Part shown: in pieces, positions 25,205 to 39,359 of the stretch
Position numbering within the stretch: the first letter of the stretch is position 1
Layout of the letters: each line of letters begins with the position of its first letter
NCBI RefSeq assembly: GCF_009914755.1
Contig: NC_060932.1
Source of the DNA: the human T2T-CHM13v2.0 reference genome, Homo sapiens
Length of the DNA: 64,000 nt
Reading direction: 5' to 3' (one strand)
Made by a program: the position numbers and the translations under genes
The notes under the pieces: generated by a model
The model's input: only the letters and a program-made list of their open reading frames with translations
What the model was told of the DNA's origin: nothing
The model's database searches: none

Positions 25205-27024
25205 TATACAGTCTGATGTCATATACCTAACCCCCAGGGATCCCACTGGGCTGCAGTGCTAGAGAGTGACAATGGCATTATCATGCAACTAGAAGTGGCC
25301 TCCTACTCCTTTTCCTACTGCTTATAATGCCCATGACAGGAAGAAAAGCATCTAGGGAATGACTTGGACAGCTCTATACTAGGCTTCAAAAATGATGCTA
25401 ATTTTTCTGTGGGTTTCTCTTCCCATGTCTCTTCTTACCATTTATAATGATGAAACTACAAAGGCTGAGCTTGGTCTGAGACAAACGTGCAGACAAAAAT
25501 CTGCTTAGGCAAACTGGAGACAAGAGTGTCAAGAGAAAACCTGTATGTTTCTCACAGCAGCCAGCCAAGTTTGTGGCATAGAAGACCAAAGAAGAACTCA
25601 GGGCTAAGGTCTATCAAGTAATAAAGAGTATTTTTGTCCAGAACATCAAGTGAGCCTCTCTCTCAGAGGCCAGTGTTGGCAAAAGGCATCTGGTCAAGGA
25701 TGATCATTTCTGGATTCTGGCTGTTTCTTTCTTTTTCTGATGAAACTGATGTCATTTCACAAATAAATTGGCAAAAGCCCTAGGTCAGTGAGTCTAAGGG
25801 GATAGATTATGGACAGAGGTGTGGTAATCGTTTGAATTCTCCTAAAATTTTTTGTAACATGCGACGTTCGCATCTTGCAAAATATCATCATCTAGGTTCA
25901 GATTGTAACTTTTCTTTTTGTGATCCTTTATTTTAATTTCAAGCCTCATTTATATACATTGAAAAAAGTCCCCTAGTCTTTATCAATTTGTTTATTCAGA
26001 CATCTACTTTGAAAAGCTTCTGCAAAGTGTTGGATTGTGCCAGTTAATCCTAGGTATCGTGTTTATCTGTCTGCTTCATCCTGTTGCTCTCTGTGGCCTG
26101 AATGCTCTGTTCTTTTGGTCTGCTTTTCACTGGATGTGCTCTATGGACACAGATGATGGTCACATTCTCCTCCCTTAGAGGGGAAGATTTTCTCACTTCT
26201 TTATCAGGTTTAGTGTTGAAAACTAGAACCCCCTTTTGCATAGCAACATGCATAGATTTTTGTGTAGCACCGTTACAGTCAGATCAGAGGCACTGCTGCT
26301 GAGAGACTTCACACCCACTATCATGTGGGATTTGGGATTTGGGAACTTGATTATCTACACCTCACTTCTGTGGCTGTTAAAGGTATTAAGAAACAATAGG
26401 ACAAGCCAAAACATGGTTCACAGCACATCTATCAGTATCAAAATATTGGTTGTGTTGTAGATGCCATATTCTAATATATGCAGTAGTTTTATAACTGTGC
26501 TCTAGGGAGTTCTGAAAATTTTGTGTAATTGTCTAATTAAAAGAATATTTAGATTGAGAAGTGCTGCATAACTACCTTATGCAAAATTTAAATCATGCAG
26601 CCATATTAAAAGCAAGTAATTCTGCAATAAATATAACTGTTTAATTTTGTTTTATCCAGTATTTCTGGAATTTATTTGAATGTAGAGCTTTTGTTGTTCT
26701 CATGAAATCCTTATTTCAATTGGAAAATGATACTGAATGAAAAGCAAAGTACATAGCGATATTATGGGTTGTGCTCATGTAAAGAGAGTTAATGAGCATT
26801 TATTTGCACCCAAAGACATAAGCACAGGAAGGATAAATAAGGTAATACAATATAGATTTATGTCTTCTGTTTAATATTAGGAGTAAGAAAGGAGAGTTGT
26901 TGAAAGTCTTTGTAGGACGCAAACATTCACAGACTACTTGAGTAGAAAGGGTATGATGAAACACCTCTTTTAGTGGTGTATTAAAACTGTGCTCTGAGGA
27001 ATCTCTTAGGCCCCCTTGATGCAT

Positions 27025-27455
27025 ATAGTGAACATTGCTGGGTTTCGTTGATAACTACTCCTATTCTAGCAGGCATGTGGGAGACTGCATTTCTCAGCCC
27101 TTTCATAGCTGACTTGGCCATATAACTATTTCTGGCCAGTGAAATGTCAGTAGAAGCCACACATTTCATTTCCTGGTTAAGTCAAATAAAGACTCTATGT
27201 AATTATTCAATCTGTCTCTTTCCCCATCCTCATAACCAAAAAGTCCATGAACTTCTGAAAGTAAAGCAATGAGCTGGAGAAGTCTCCTTAGCTTGGATCC
27301 CTGAGTGACTATGTGGAGCTGAATCCACTACCTCCATCTTTCCTTGCCCATCACTTACACTTACTTATCTTAGACATAGAGCATGAGCAAGAAATTCTTG
27401 TTGAATAAAGTGACTTAAACTTGAGATTGTTTGTTTCTACAGTTTAACCATGTCT
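27025..27455 (+). mobile_element. MLT1I/J-like MaLR LTR
   Basis: GGCCATATAACTATTTCTGGCCAGTGAAATGTCAGTAGAAG; GGATCCCTGAGTGACTATGTGGAGC. Confidence 0.7.
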
Positions 27456-27462
27456 CTCCCGA

Positions 27463-27489
27463 GTGTGTGTGTGTGTGTGTGTGTGTGTG
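27463..27489. repeat. (GT)n microsatellite
   Basis: Directly visible. Confidence 0.95.
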
Positions 27490-28349
27490 CGTATTTTATA
27501 GGGTGATGATAGCTCAGGCCTCACTACTCTGTGTCCCCTACAAGAGATTTCTTGAAATCTCTTTCCCCTCCTGTACTATAATCAGAGAAGCTATGTGTTG
27601 GTCTGTTTACCAGATTGGACTTCTAAAATAGACTTTCTTAAAACAAAGAATTCCACTGCTAAAAATATTGAAAGTCACAGCTAAATATCATCCGCATTTC
27701 AACTCAGTGAAGTTATTCTGACAGTAGTGGAAGCAGAAATAGAACTTGGATTATTATTGTTTTTAACTTATTTTATGTTTTTATTTTATTGTACCATAAA
27801 GTTGAAAGTTCGTGATAAAGTAATTTAAAGATAATACAGAACAATAGAAGAATAAATATAGCATCCATAGGCCCACTACCCAAAGACAAACCCTCTCTAT
27901 TTTTTTATATATTTCTTTTTTATCTTTTAAATTAGTAACAATAGGAATGATCATCTATATTTATTGGTTCCTCCCAGATGCCAGGCACCCTGGGAAAAGC
28001 AAAGCTTAAAAACAAGGCTCTCTGAAGGCCGCCTGGCAGACTTATCAGTTATGTGACCTCAGAGTCCTCATTTTATCAGATTCCTCACCTTTAAATGTTT
28101 TACTATGGCTTTATGGAGATTAAATAAATTTAGAATATGTACAAAATACTAATACTTTGAAGAGTTTCTGTATTATTATAAGCACTTATAAATCTTACCA
28201 ATCTTACTTTCTACTTTTTCCCAGTTAATGCCCACATCAAGCCTATGCACTAGGTATTATAATCTCTCTTTTCCAGATAATGAAGGATTCGAGGTTAGTA
28301 ATTTCCCAGTCACATCTTCTTCCATGTCTCTGCAAACACTTTTCTAGAT

Positions 28350-28526
28350 CAATAGTTTTTAAGCCAGCATGCACATTAGAATCACCTTGGGATCACTTAG
28401 CAAAAACCAACGACAGCACCTCATTTCTAGAGCCTATGGTTTAATTAGTTGAGATAAAATTTGGCATTGGCATTAAAAAGAAATTCCATGAAGGGATTCT
28501 AATGTGCCGCCAGAACAAGACCCACT
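28350..28526. mobile_element. MER5B-like MITE
   Basis: GCACATTAGAATCACC...GATTCTAATGTGC internal inverted motifs. Confidence 0.65.
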
Positions 28527-30840
28527 TCTTCTCACAATTAAATTATTGTAATCTCCGAATTCTATTTTTCTCTCTTGTCTCCCTGCCAGGGAAATCCTTG
28601 CTCACCGTTTCAATCTTGCAAACCTCTGTTCATCTTTAAACATTCAGTTGAAATTAGTTGTGGCACTGAGAGGAGAGAGAGAGAGACTCAGAACAACTTC
28701 AGCACTCTCATAATATATGCCCACTCCCCTCCACATTTTTTCTCCTGTGAAGAGTGACATTTTATCTATTAATCTAGTAAAAAGCGCTATGTATGCAAAC
28801 ACAACTGTAAGCCACTCACTGGTGACCAAATTGCTGCCCCAAGACTTTCCTAGGCAGGTATTCTGGAACCACTGTTTCTAGTATTACAACTTCAGTGAAG
28901 TCTTTTCTATCCCTTGGGTAAATTAGAATGCCCCTTCCTGTAGCTGGACATAATATGTTGCATTTTGGCAGTGCTTTGGTAACTTGTCATCATGCTGTAC
29001 AGTCACTCGCTATTTTCATGTTTCTAGGGTCACTGAACTTTACAGATGGCAGCAGCAGAAGTGTCTTTGTCATCTTTTTATCTCTACAGTTTAACCCAGC
29101 ATCTGGCTCTACAATAGATAACTCAATAAATGTTTATCTAATGCATGGCTTTGATAACCAACCCAGCTGCTGCCAGTTAACTACTACAAGCTCTGCAGAT
29201 CTCTAAGGGAGTTAGGCAGATGAGGAATCAAGTCATAAGGAAATAACTCTGACCTCTTGCATCTTGGCTTACCCACCAAGTTCACCTTGGGGTCATGTGG
29301 CATTTCTATTATCAATCTTTATTTTCAAGTCTTTGCAGTTTATATGGAAAAAAATCCTTCCATGTGTTAGAGTGTAAGTGAAATAATTCCAACCTTTAAA
29401 ACATTAGTTTCTGCTTCTGGAGTATGGAGTATATGCTTATTCCATTCCTTCTTCAGTTTAGGAGTTTGGGATATATATTAAGTTCAGGATGTGCATCTCT
29501 CCAGTTTCTTTACATCTAAATAAATCAAATTAATGAAAAGCCATTATATACTATGCTTTTAATAAGGCTTATAGTCTTTAAACTGAGATAGGCAGAAAAG
29601 CCCAATTTATTTTCAGCTTTTCTTAAGGGAAAATGTGATCCTTAATCTTAATTAGCTTGTAGGAGTGTGTTTTTTCATTCTATAATTTCAAGCTAACTAA
29701 AGATGTCTGAGTTTGTTTGTTGATAGTCTTTGTATTTCACCCTGTGTGCTCTGATAAGGTTCCATTAAGCAACTGTCCTCCCCTTGGGTTAGGAGTTAAT
29801 GAAAATAATAATAATAGTAGTTATAAAGATTATAATTATGTACTGACTGCTTACTGTGGACCAGACAATAAGTATGTACATGCGATGCATTAGCTTATTT
29901 AATACCTACTATTAAAGTTCAAAGAGGTAAAATTATTTCTCAGTACTGTCATTGCAGGAATGAGCTGGACACAAAGCTGGGCTTTCTGAAAGGCCTCTGG
30001 ATATGTGACTGACACACAGAAACATGCTGCATCGCCCAATCCTAGGGGTGCAAGCTGCTGAGTGCCCCCAGAAAGTGGCTCTGGAGAGTTCTCATGATCC
30101 CCCCGTAACCATGAGTTACCTAATGCAAGAAGTTGTCTGAGCATTTCTGGCATAAATAGTTTGAACCCAAATTTTTCTTATGTTTTTGTATTGATTGTTT
30201 ACAAAGCATGTCATAATATGGATAAAGAGATGTTAAGCCGTGATATAATCATGTACCAAGTAAACTTGACCTCTGTATATTTTGCATTCTGTGAAGACTT
30301 ACCTTTCAACTAAGAAACACAGATAAAGAGGTTTTTTGTTTTTGTTTTTGTTTTTTTATTACAAACTAAGCACTGTGTTTGTTGAAAGCTTACCCTGAAA
30401 GGCAGAACATATAGTTTCAAGGAAATTTGAAAGAAGATTTTAGATTTAGAGTTGGTTGCTTAATAATAAAGAATTATACTTTTAGGTTTCTCTCATGTGT
30501 TGTGATTAATTTATTAGCTAATTAGTTAATATAGGCTGCATATTTAGTATTATCTTGATTTTACATAAATTATTGTCCTGTCACGTCCATGCCAATTTCT
30601 ATTTAGAGTGTTCAAGAAAAATCATTATTATGTTTTTCCAAAAAAATTGTTTCTGAGTATTAGTGATTTTACAATATAAACAATCTCTTTTGGTTATCAA
30701 TATTTAGTGATATTTACTTGCTTTAGAAATAAAACTTCATATACTCTGTTAAAACCAGTAGCATTGTATATGGTTGGTGATTTTCTGATCACTAGAGGCA
30801 ATAAACACTGTGTATGGACTCATACCGTGGGGTCTGTTTA

Positions 30841-31166
<326 letters not shown>

Positions 31167-32349
31167 TCATTCTCCCAATGGAAATCATTTTATAGCACTC
31201 TGTATACAAGGAGATGAAACTGATTTTCATTAATCAAAACATTTTCCCTAAAGACGGCTTGGTTTTTGTAACTAATGTAATAATTATTCTTCTGTTTAAA
31301 TTTCACACTCTGAAAGAGATTGAGCCACATTTCCCAAGGATGACTAATTATTTGATAAAGATGTTGGTGAAAAAATCTCTTTCTGTTTCTCTCTCTCCCC
31401 CTCACCTCCACTCTTCTTCCCTCCTCCCTCCTTTCTTCTTTTTTTGGGGGGTGGGGGGGTGTCCTAGTTTCTGAAACTCTCATTGAGTGTATACAGTGTT
31501 TATTCATGAATGTATGTGAGCTCACTGTGTACCTAAAATCAGGCTTACTGTCTTATATCCCAAGCCTACAACTTGAAAGGTAATTTCAATTCAGTCCATA
31601 CCAACAATAATAGCAACATCACCAATAAGAAGTAATTGTATTCTGGAAATACAATATCAGCATATGCTTTATCTGTATTATTAAACCACTTCAAATCATT
31701 CCATGTCTGAGGTGCTCCCTCTCTCTAAAATTAAATACACATGAAAGACACCTGGTGTTGAAGTTGGAAATGAAATGCAAACCAGATGTATTCTGTTGAA
31801 AATGTGGTCCTTGACTCTTATGCCGAAATGGGAAATTGATTTTTTAAAATGACATCTACAAATACAAACTTAAAAGGCAGCTTTTGTTGGTCACAAAGTC
31901 AGATGTTAGGGATCTTGGGTTTTGGCCTGTCCCATGAAGTTGTCCTGTAAAGTATGTGGCCTCTTGTATTTGAAGATAAGGAAATACAGCTTCTGATGAG
32001 ATATAGTATCTCAAAGTACAAAATCGTTACTTTTTTCCAAATTTTAAGACAAGATCATTGCTTTAGCATAGTAATTCATGTCATAGAATGGAAGGAAAAT
32101 AAGGGGAAAATTTTAATCTTAACTTGTTTTTTCAAATCTATATAATTAAATTTTATAAATTACAATATCAACCTAATTATTTTTGGGGACTTCCTTTGTG
32201 CCAAGTCCTAGGTCTATCATGGTAAACAACCGGATTTGATTCTTACCTTCATGCTGCTTAGTGTTATGAAAATATTTTTCTTCATTGCTCTAAACAAGTT
32301 TTACAAAATGAATCAATTAATTGAAGAGAAAAAAAACTAACATAAATCA

Positions 32350-32550
32350 AGTACTAACTGCACCAGGACTCGGCTAGGTTTTTGCCCTCTTACTTAAATT
32401 TCCTAATGGCTTTGCAAGGTAGTTACCATTATCTTCATTTCACAGGCGAAAAAGTGAGGGTTGGAGAGATTGAGCTCTTGCTTAGGGTCACAGAGTAAAT
32501 TAGTAAATAACAAAGTAATCACTTGAATCCATGTGTGATTCCATAGTTTG
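32350..32550 (-). mobile_element. MIR SINE
   Basis: ATTATCTTCATTTCACAGGCGAAAAAGTGAGG...AGGGTCACAG. Confidence 0.65.
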
Positions 32551-33059
32551 ATACCTCTCCTGAGTTTAGTGCCATCAACTACTATACTGAATTTTTATTC
32601 AAATTGCCCTTTCCTCTGTTTCACTCAATAATTTAACTTTATCAAAATAAATAATGTACAGTGGAACACAAAATATTGTACTGAAAATAGAGAAATCTGC
32701 ACACTCAATATTGTTATTGGCCACTAGAGCTTTTTTTTCTTTTAATTCTTCCCATAGGGCTGAAGACATGAAGTGAGTAAACATACTGGATAGATTTTAC
32801 AACTAAAAATCCATATAAATAAGAGGATTATTTTTTAAATTATGTTCTTAAAAGAGGCCAGCATTTAACTGTTGCATTTTCCTTGCTTTGGTCTTTGATG
32901 GTATAAAAAGACTGAGGCCTTTGCTGGTAAAGATGGGATTTTGTGGGAGGTGGTTTCCACTCATTGCTGTTATTTTCTCCAGAGAGATACCCTCAGTGCA
33001 TGCTCCTGTTCTTCCAGGCCAACTGACATAAACTTTAAAGCTTACTTTTTTTCGTGTAC

Positions 33060-34665
33060 TTCCTGATTTCTCTCTATAGTCTACTTGCCAAGTTTCTTCC
33101 TGCCTTCTTTTGAATATCTCCAACGATGAGACTCTCACTACCTTTTAAAAGAGCTCATTCCATCTTTGAAAATTTGTAATAATGAGATCATTGTTTCCTC
33201 AGAATATGACAATGCACATGTGGTTCTCAGGTACAGAACATATTTAATTCCTATTCAGTATGACAATCATTCAAATTTATCCCATGTAGGACATATCTAA
33301 CTTATTTTCTGTGTGGCGAGCACTCAAATTTGACACTATTTAAAAATAGCTGTTGTGATCTCTATGACTTCTCCAAATCCCCAATTCCTTCACCAGCTCC
33401 TTTAAGAACAGAACTTAGAATATCTTCACTTGAAACAAGATAGTAATAGAAATAAGTCCCACATTCCCAGTGTAATTTTACAAGTAAATACCACGTCACT
33501 TCTAAAACCTCTTCCCCCCGCTATTCTGATATTGTTACTATGTTTCTCTAAATTCATATTAGTTTATTTTGGAAGTCACTGCTTAATTTTGGCTGAGAAT
33601 GAGTATATTCTTAACTCAAACTCCTATGATTTTTTTAAACCTGTGCTGTGTTCCATTCCAAGTATTACTTTCTATATTGTTGTAAGGATGTTTACTGTCA
33701 GTCTAATTTTCCTTCCTTTTTATATTATCTGCATTTCCTCTTTATTTGCTTTTGAAATTTATTTTTTGTGTTCTATAATTTTATTATGATAGGCTTAGTT
33801 GTTATTATATTATATTCTTCATGTCTTATATCCTCTATATTTGTATTGTGTTTTCTGAGTATTTTATTCAGATCCATGCTTGTTTCATTAGGATTTTGTT
33901 TTGTGAGCTGAGTTTGAGTTTGGACATTCCTAGAGATTTTCTAGTAGTTAACAAAAGTTTTCATGTATTTTCACACTTTGCTCCAATAATTCCACTTTTT
34001 AAAACTCACGTTAGTGCATAAAGATCTGTGTATAACATTGTTTATTTCAGCATTATATGTAAACCTGAATCTCAATCTATAGGAAATTAGTTAAATAGAT
34101 ATTAGTTCATATAATGGATTGTCATGCAATTGCTAACAAGAATTATGTATGAGTATACATATATACATACATACATACATACATACTACATATAGGTCTC
34201 TCTGTATATGTGTGTGTGTATAACTTGATCCATTTATGCAACCTTTAGAAAATGTATACAAATTAGCTACATATGTATCTATATGCATATAGTCACATAG
34301 AAAATATTGAAAAGGTAAGCAAGAAACATTGAGGCGTGATTATATTTGAAAAGATTGTAGAAGTCCAAGAAAAAATAAAAGAATCTTATAATATTCACTT
34401 TATAGCCTTCTTTCTTGTTTGATTTTTTTTCTAAGATTATTTTTTAGAGTGAATATGTACTGTGCTTCTACATTTAAAATAAAATTAAAAACCTATTAGA
34501 TTCTTCTCTTCACTCCATTTATCTTTTTCTGTGTGTGGGGAGGGAGGGATTCTGACAGATGGTCAATAGGTTAGATAGCCTCTAATATACTTCATGTCAT
34601 CTGAAAATTGGTTAAGCATGAAGTCTATAACATCATCAGTCATTGGTAAGAGTTTAGAATGCCTT
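33060..34665 (-). mobile_element. L3/CR1 LINE remnants, discontinuous (about 33060-33450 and 34570-34665)
   Basis: Minus-strand SSLEIFKRR resembles the CR1 ORF2 C-terminus; 34590-34630 minus reads MLNQFSDDMK, like the CR1 RT motif MLIKFADDTK. Confidence 0.6.
33985..34490 (+). mobile_element. Old L1ME-like 3' fragment with (TACA)n
   Basis: AAAGATCTGTGTATAACATTGTTTATTTCAGCATTAT resembles the L1 ORF2 end; A-rich 3' end. Confidence 0.55.
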
Positions 34666-34729
34666 TCCAAAACCTCCTTTCAGGGAGGTCTTATCAACTG
34701 GTAGGCCTGGAACAAAGAAAAAAGACCTA

Positions 34730-34905
34730 ATCTTTCTTTCTTTCACTCTTTCTCTCCCTCTCTTTCTGTCTTTCTTTCTTTCCTTTCTTTTTCTTTTACC
34801 CTCCTTCCGTCCCTCCTTCCCTCCCTCCCTTCCTTCCTTCCTCCTTTCTTCTTCCTTTCTTCCTTCTTCCATTTCTCTTTCTCTCCCCTTCTCTCTATCT
34901 CTTTC
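34730..34905. repeat. Polypyrimidine/polypurine low-complexity tract
   Basis: About 175 nt almost entirely C/T (TTTC, CCTT, CCCT units). Confidence 0.95.
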
Positions 34906-36479
34906 ATGTGTATATAACATGTCATGTATTCTGCTAAGCATATTTATTTTTAAGACAACTTTGAAATATATAAATATTGGCATGTTCATTCCCTGTGTAT
35001 TAGAAATTTTATCCTCAGCTTTCCTTGGGATTACCGAATTGTGAAAGGCATATTTTGATCATTTCTCAAAACTTTTAAGCATCTCCTTTTATTATGTCAA
35101 GCTACAAAAGCATTCTTGACCTATTTTTTTCTGTCTTGACACTCATAAACTTCAAGTTATAAGTCTAGAAGATAGAAGACCATCTTAAATTAAGAAGAAT
35201 TATTGCTATAAGCCACATAAAGTCTTCAATTTGAGTCTTTCTTTCCATGTCATCCTCCCTCAATATAACATTAAGAGTTCAAATTAAAGACAAAATTGAA
35301 AATGCCTTTTGCCAAATCTGAAGAAGCAAATAAAACTGCTTGCTAGGAAGTACAAGTTTTTGTTGTGATTCAATTTGACTTTCTCTTCAGTGATGCTTCT
35401 TTCGAATGTGCTTCTGTGAGGTACCAACAAGTCAACAGGGTTAAAAGTACTTTTTCAGTTGCTGTACATTTAAAGCCCTGTAGCATCTTTTCCGAAGCTC
35501 TCCAAGCCTGTGGGATACTACTGAAAGTCCCTGGACAACTATCCAGAAGACTCATGCCTCCTAAACTTTTCTCCTAAATTCCTGGAGCAAAAGGGAATAA
35601 TCTTTTTGCAGTTCTTATTTTCTTCCTATTCATTTCTAGGTACTATGCAAGATGACAGTTTCAAACTGCACATCTTTGTGTTATTGTAAATTGCCACCTT
35701 TGGGATTCCTTCTGTTTCTTCTCCACATTCCATGAAGATCAATCATTATTCTCATCTTGATTGGGTTACTGTTTTAGAAATATTAACATTTCTAAATGCT
35801 TAATATTGTAGGAAGTCTGGAGTGGGTACTGTAATTTGGCATCCTCTGGTTGACTTTCAGAGAACAGTGAGCATACCATTTTAGGTCGCCTGTTCTTTAG
35901 AAGTCCAGAGAGTTTGCTTCTTTTTAGAAGTGTGGTTTTATTTGTTTTGTGTATTTTAATATATATAAATTTCTTAAGATATGGTAACTCATTATAAATA
36001 ATTCATCATGGGGGAGTGGCTAACTTGTCTGAATACATAGAAATATAAGATGGATCCAAATAAAATTAATGTTGTATTGTTTTTCTTATAGTTGGTTGGT
36101 CCCAGTCCAATGTATCAGGCTTCAGAAACAAAAGACAAAATTACATAATTTTAGAATTGAGTCAATCTCAAGTAATGTTTACAGACAAAATTGGCCCAAC
36201 TCTTTTGACTGATTTGAGTGCTGAAACTAAAATTACATGTATTCCACAAAATAAAACTAACCAATATCTGCTAGAAGGGATCACATTTTTTCCCATCTAA
36301 ATCTGTGAAGTAATGAATATAGCTTATCCTGGTTGTATATCTAACCCAATATGTATAAATAAAATTTGCTTCTTTTATTCTGAATTTACAAGTGTATAAA
36401 ACAATGTAATACATCCCAAATCTGCTAAACACTGCTTGAAAACTTTATAAAATTTATTTTATTTTATCCTTGATTTAAC

Positions 36480-36645
36480 TCTTAATTAGAGGAATTAATA
36501 TTGCTAGCTCTGTTTTGCAGATCAGAAATTGAGGCTTGAAAAGGTTAACTAACAAGTCCAAGGTCACTCAGCTAATAAGCAAAGAATTTGTGATTAAAAT
36601 AGAGGCCTAGGTCAATGACAGAGCCCAAGCTCATGACCATTGTAC
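36480..36645 (-). mobile_element. MIR SINE
   Basis: TTTTGCAGATCAGAAATTGAGGCTTGAAAAGGTTAA...CCAAGGTCACTCAGCTAATAAG. Confidence 0.75.
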
Positions 36646-36772
36646 TAAATAGCTTCTCATTATTGCTGCATTTTGCCCATTAGATGAAGATAATATTCAC
36701 TACTGGTAACTCCATACTAAGGAAAAAGTCAAGTTTGCAATTTAATCCTAATGTATCTGATACAAGAAGTTT

Positions 36773-36796
36773 GTGTGTGTGTGTGTGTGTGTGTGT
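36773..36796. repeat. (GT)n microsatellite
   Basis: Directly visible. Confidence 0.95.
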
Positions 36797-37889
36797 TTTA
36801 TTTTTAAGGCAAGTACCTGCATAATAGTTGTCCAGTAGGAATCATGAATGTTACAGGTCAACAGTTAACTGAGGAGAATTTCAGAGATGCTTGTGCTGGG
36901 TCTGGTTCTAATTAGTAGTTCACTGTGAAGAATGCCAAACACAGACAGGCGCTCAAGATTAAATGAAAAAAGAAAAGGCCATTTTATCCAATGGAAACCT
37001 TTAAAAAAATGTCCTGAATAAATTGTTGCATACCTAACAATTTTCTCCTAGTGTTTATTACAGGATGTTGCCAAAGTTGGCCTATTTGGTGCACGGCCAG
37101 AAGTTTTGCAATTTCCCTCTGATGTGAAAACATTTTTGTCAGACTTTCTTGTGAGTCATCAAATTTTCCAGACATCACACAGTTGAGTCAATTAACATAA
37201 AGTTAATTGGTATTTTTGTCATTTGCCAAATTAAATCATTTCTTATGGAGGAGTTTGTACATTGCTGGAGATGCCTTTTGGGAAGGTGAGAGTTCAGAGG
37301 TAAAGGCCAAGAAACTGTTATACTCCTTTGGAAAAAAAAAGTGATTCTCTTTCTAAAAATAAGAAATATCATTTTAAAGTAATGTAGATGCCAACACTTG
37401 GAAAAATAATCTCTTGTGTTTCCTAGGGTTTTACTTAAGTGTGCCTGCAGAGGAATGTAAGTAAAACTGAGGGTCATAGAGAAATCACCCTGAGAGACTG
37501 TTCTGTTTCATAAATGTTTAATTATATTATTTTATTCATTATTTAACATTTTTTGTTTAAGGCTTATGGCACACATTTGGAAGTTGAGCTCTTTGGTGGT
37601 GTCTTATGTAAAGTTCAGTTGAAAATAGTCACATCTTCTAATAACTTCTTGACCTTCCTTCCAAAACTCCTCTCATATGGTTGCCTGTATTTTTTAGGTG
37701 GATCAGGAACCAGAAATTGTTATAGGCTCACTGTGTTCTTTCTTTTAATCAAAGGACTGTGCTGCACTGCTGACGGTCATTTTAACAACTTTAATTATGA
37801 AAGTCATCATTTATTTTACCTATCATGAACATGGTGCTGGAAATATCAAACAAATTAATACTTTTTTTCTTTTCATCTACTGTCGTAAT

Positions 37890-38030
37890 AGCTTTATGAG
37901 GTAGAAATTATTCCTATTAGAAAACTGAGGTCCAGATAGGTTAAGGTTATTTGCATGAGATCACACAGCTTTAAGTGGGAGAGATTCAACCCTTTCTCTG
38001 CATAGAAAAAGTCATTTTCAAAAGCTGTTC
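37890..38030 (-). mobile_element. MIR SINE
   Basis: AAAACTGAGGTCCAGATAGGTTAAG...GATCACACAGCT. Confidence 0.7.
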
Positions 38031-38194
38031 TATTTACTCTGAATATAGTTCTGAGTATAGGCATGGAAATGATCAAAAATTAAATTTATTGGTAGAGAGA
38101 ATTAACTAGGAGTTTTGACAATATAGAGACACAGCCAGATGATTAATCTGAAGGAAAAGAAAAAGGGTACACAAAAAGAAAGTGTCTATTTTTT

Positions 38195-38801
38195 TCACAT
38201 AATGTTTCTAATTGACAAATAAAAAGTATATACATTCATGGTGTACAACATCATGTTTTGATATGTGCATACATATGGAATGACTAAATGAAGCTAATTA
38301 GCATATGCATCATCTGATATATGTATCTTTTTTTGTAGTTAGAGCACTTTAAATTTACTTTCCGATATGGTTTGGCTGTGTCCTCACCCAAATCTCACTT
38401 TGAATTGTAATAATCCCCACATGTCAAAAGTGGGGTCAGGTGGAGATAATTTAATCATGGAGGTGGTTTCCCCCATACTGTCCTTGTGGAATAAGTCTCA
38501 CGAGATCTGATGGTTTTATAAATGGGAGTTCCCCTGCAGAAACTCTCTTGCCTGCCGCCATGTGAGACATGACTTTGCTCCTCATTTGCCTTCTGCCATG
38601 ACTGTGAGGCCTCCCCAGCCATGTGGAACTGGGAGTCAATCAAACCTCTTTCCTTTATAAATTACCTAGTCTCGGGTATGTCTTTATTAGCAGTGTGAGA
38701 ACAAACTAATACACACTCTTAGCAAATTTTAAGTATACAACATGTTGTTATTAACTACTGTCACCATGGTACAGAACAGATCTCTTTAACTTATTCCTCC
38801 T
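38195..38801 (-). mobile_element. L1MA 3' end fragment interrupted by a THE1 LTR
   Basis: ATTGACAAATAAAAAGTATATACATTCATGGTGTACAACA...; resumes with CTTAGCAAATTTTAAGTATACAA after the LTR. Confidence 0.8.
38363..38713 (+). mobile_element. THE1B/C solo LTR
   Basis: (c)GATATGGTTTGGCTGTGTCC.CACCCAAATCTCA...ACTAATACA; degenerate 5-bp TSD CTTTC/CACTC. Confidence 0.92.
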
Positions 38802-39359
38802 GGGGATTTTCAAACAAATAGTTGTTTTCAAACAAATAGGTGGCCAGTAACAGATGTCCCTGGCTGCAATAGGGAATGTGCCCCTGTTGCCTGAAAAAAA
38901 AGTGGCAGTCAGTGTAAGAACACTGGGGAGCAGACCCTGAATCGAGAAGCATCTGTCTGTTGCCTAATTCTGTTCCAAAGCTTTATTTTGATTCTGATCA
39001 TCATTTAGGAATTTTTGGCACTGATTTTTTCAGTAGAAGTCTACTCTGTTGTTACTACATCCTGCAACAACAGAAGGACTTGACTATCTTAGAGAACATT
39101 TCACATCCTGAAAGTTTTGCTTCATGGACTTCATTTTTTAAAGATTGGCTTTATTCACTACTTTCCTTCCTATAGTTAACCTCTAAAGAATTTAAACCTC
39201 TGCCTGGTAGACATTGCCGGAATAATATTAAGGCAAATATTTGGCATATGCCCTGGATCATAGTGCTACTAGAAATAAGACAGGGATGAAAGTATCACAG
39301 ATCCAGGTGTAGCTCTCATCATAAAGCAGAAACATTGGGATAACTTTTAAATAATTAAT

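Noticed and set aside
34654-34989. E/R/K/G-rich ORFs
   Set aside because: These are translations of the polypurine low-complexity tract.
35375-35430. Possible 30-nt micro-exon (TTCTCTTCAG...GAG/GTACCA)
   Set aside because: Weak donor, no partner exons and no recognisable peptide.
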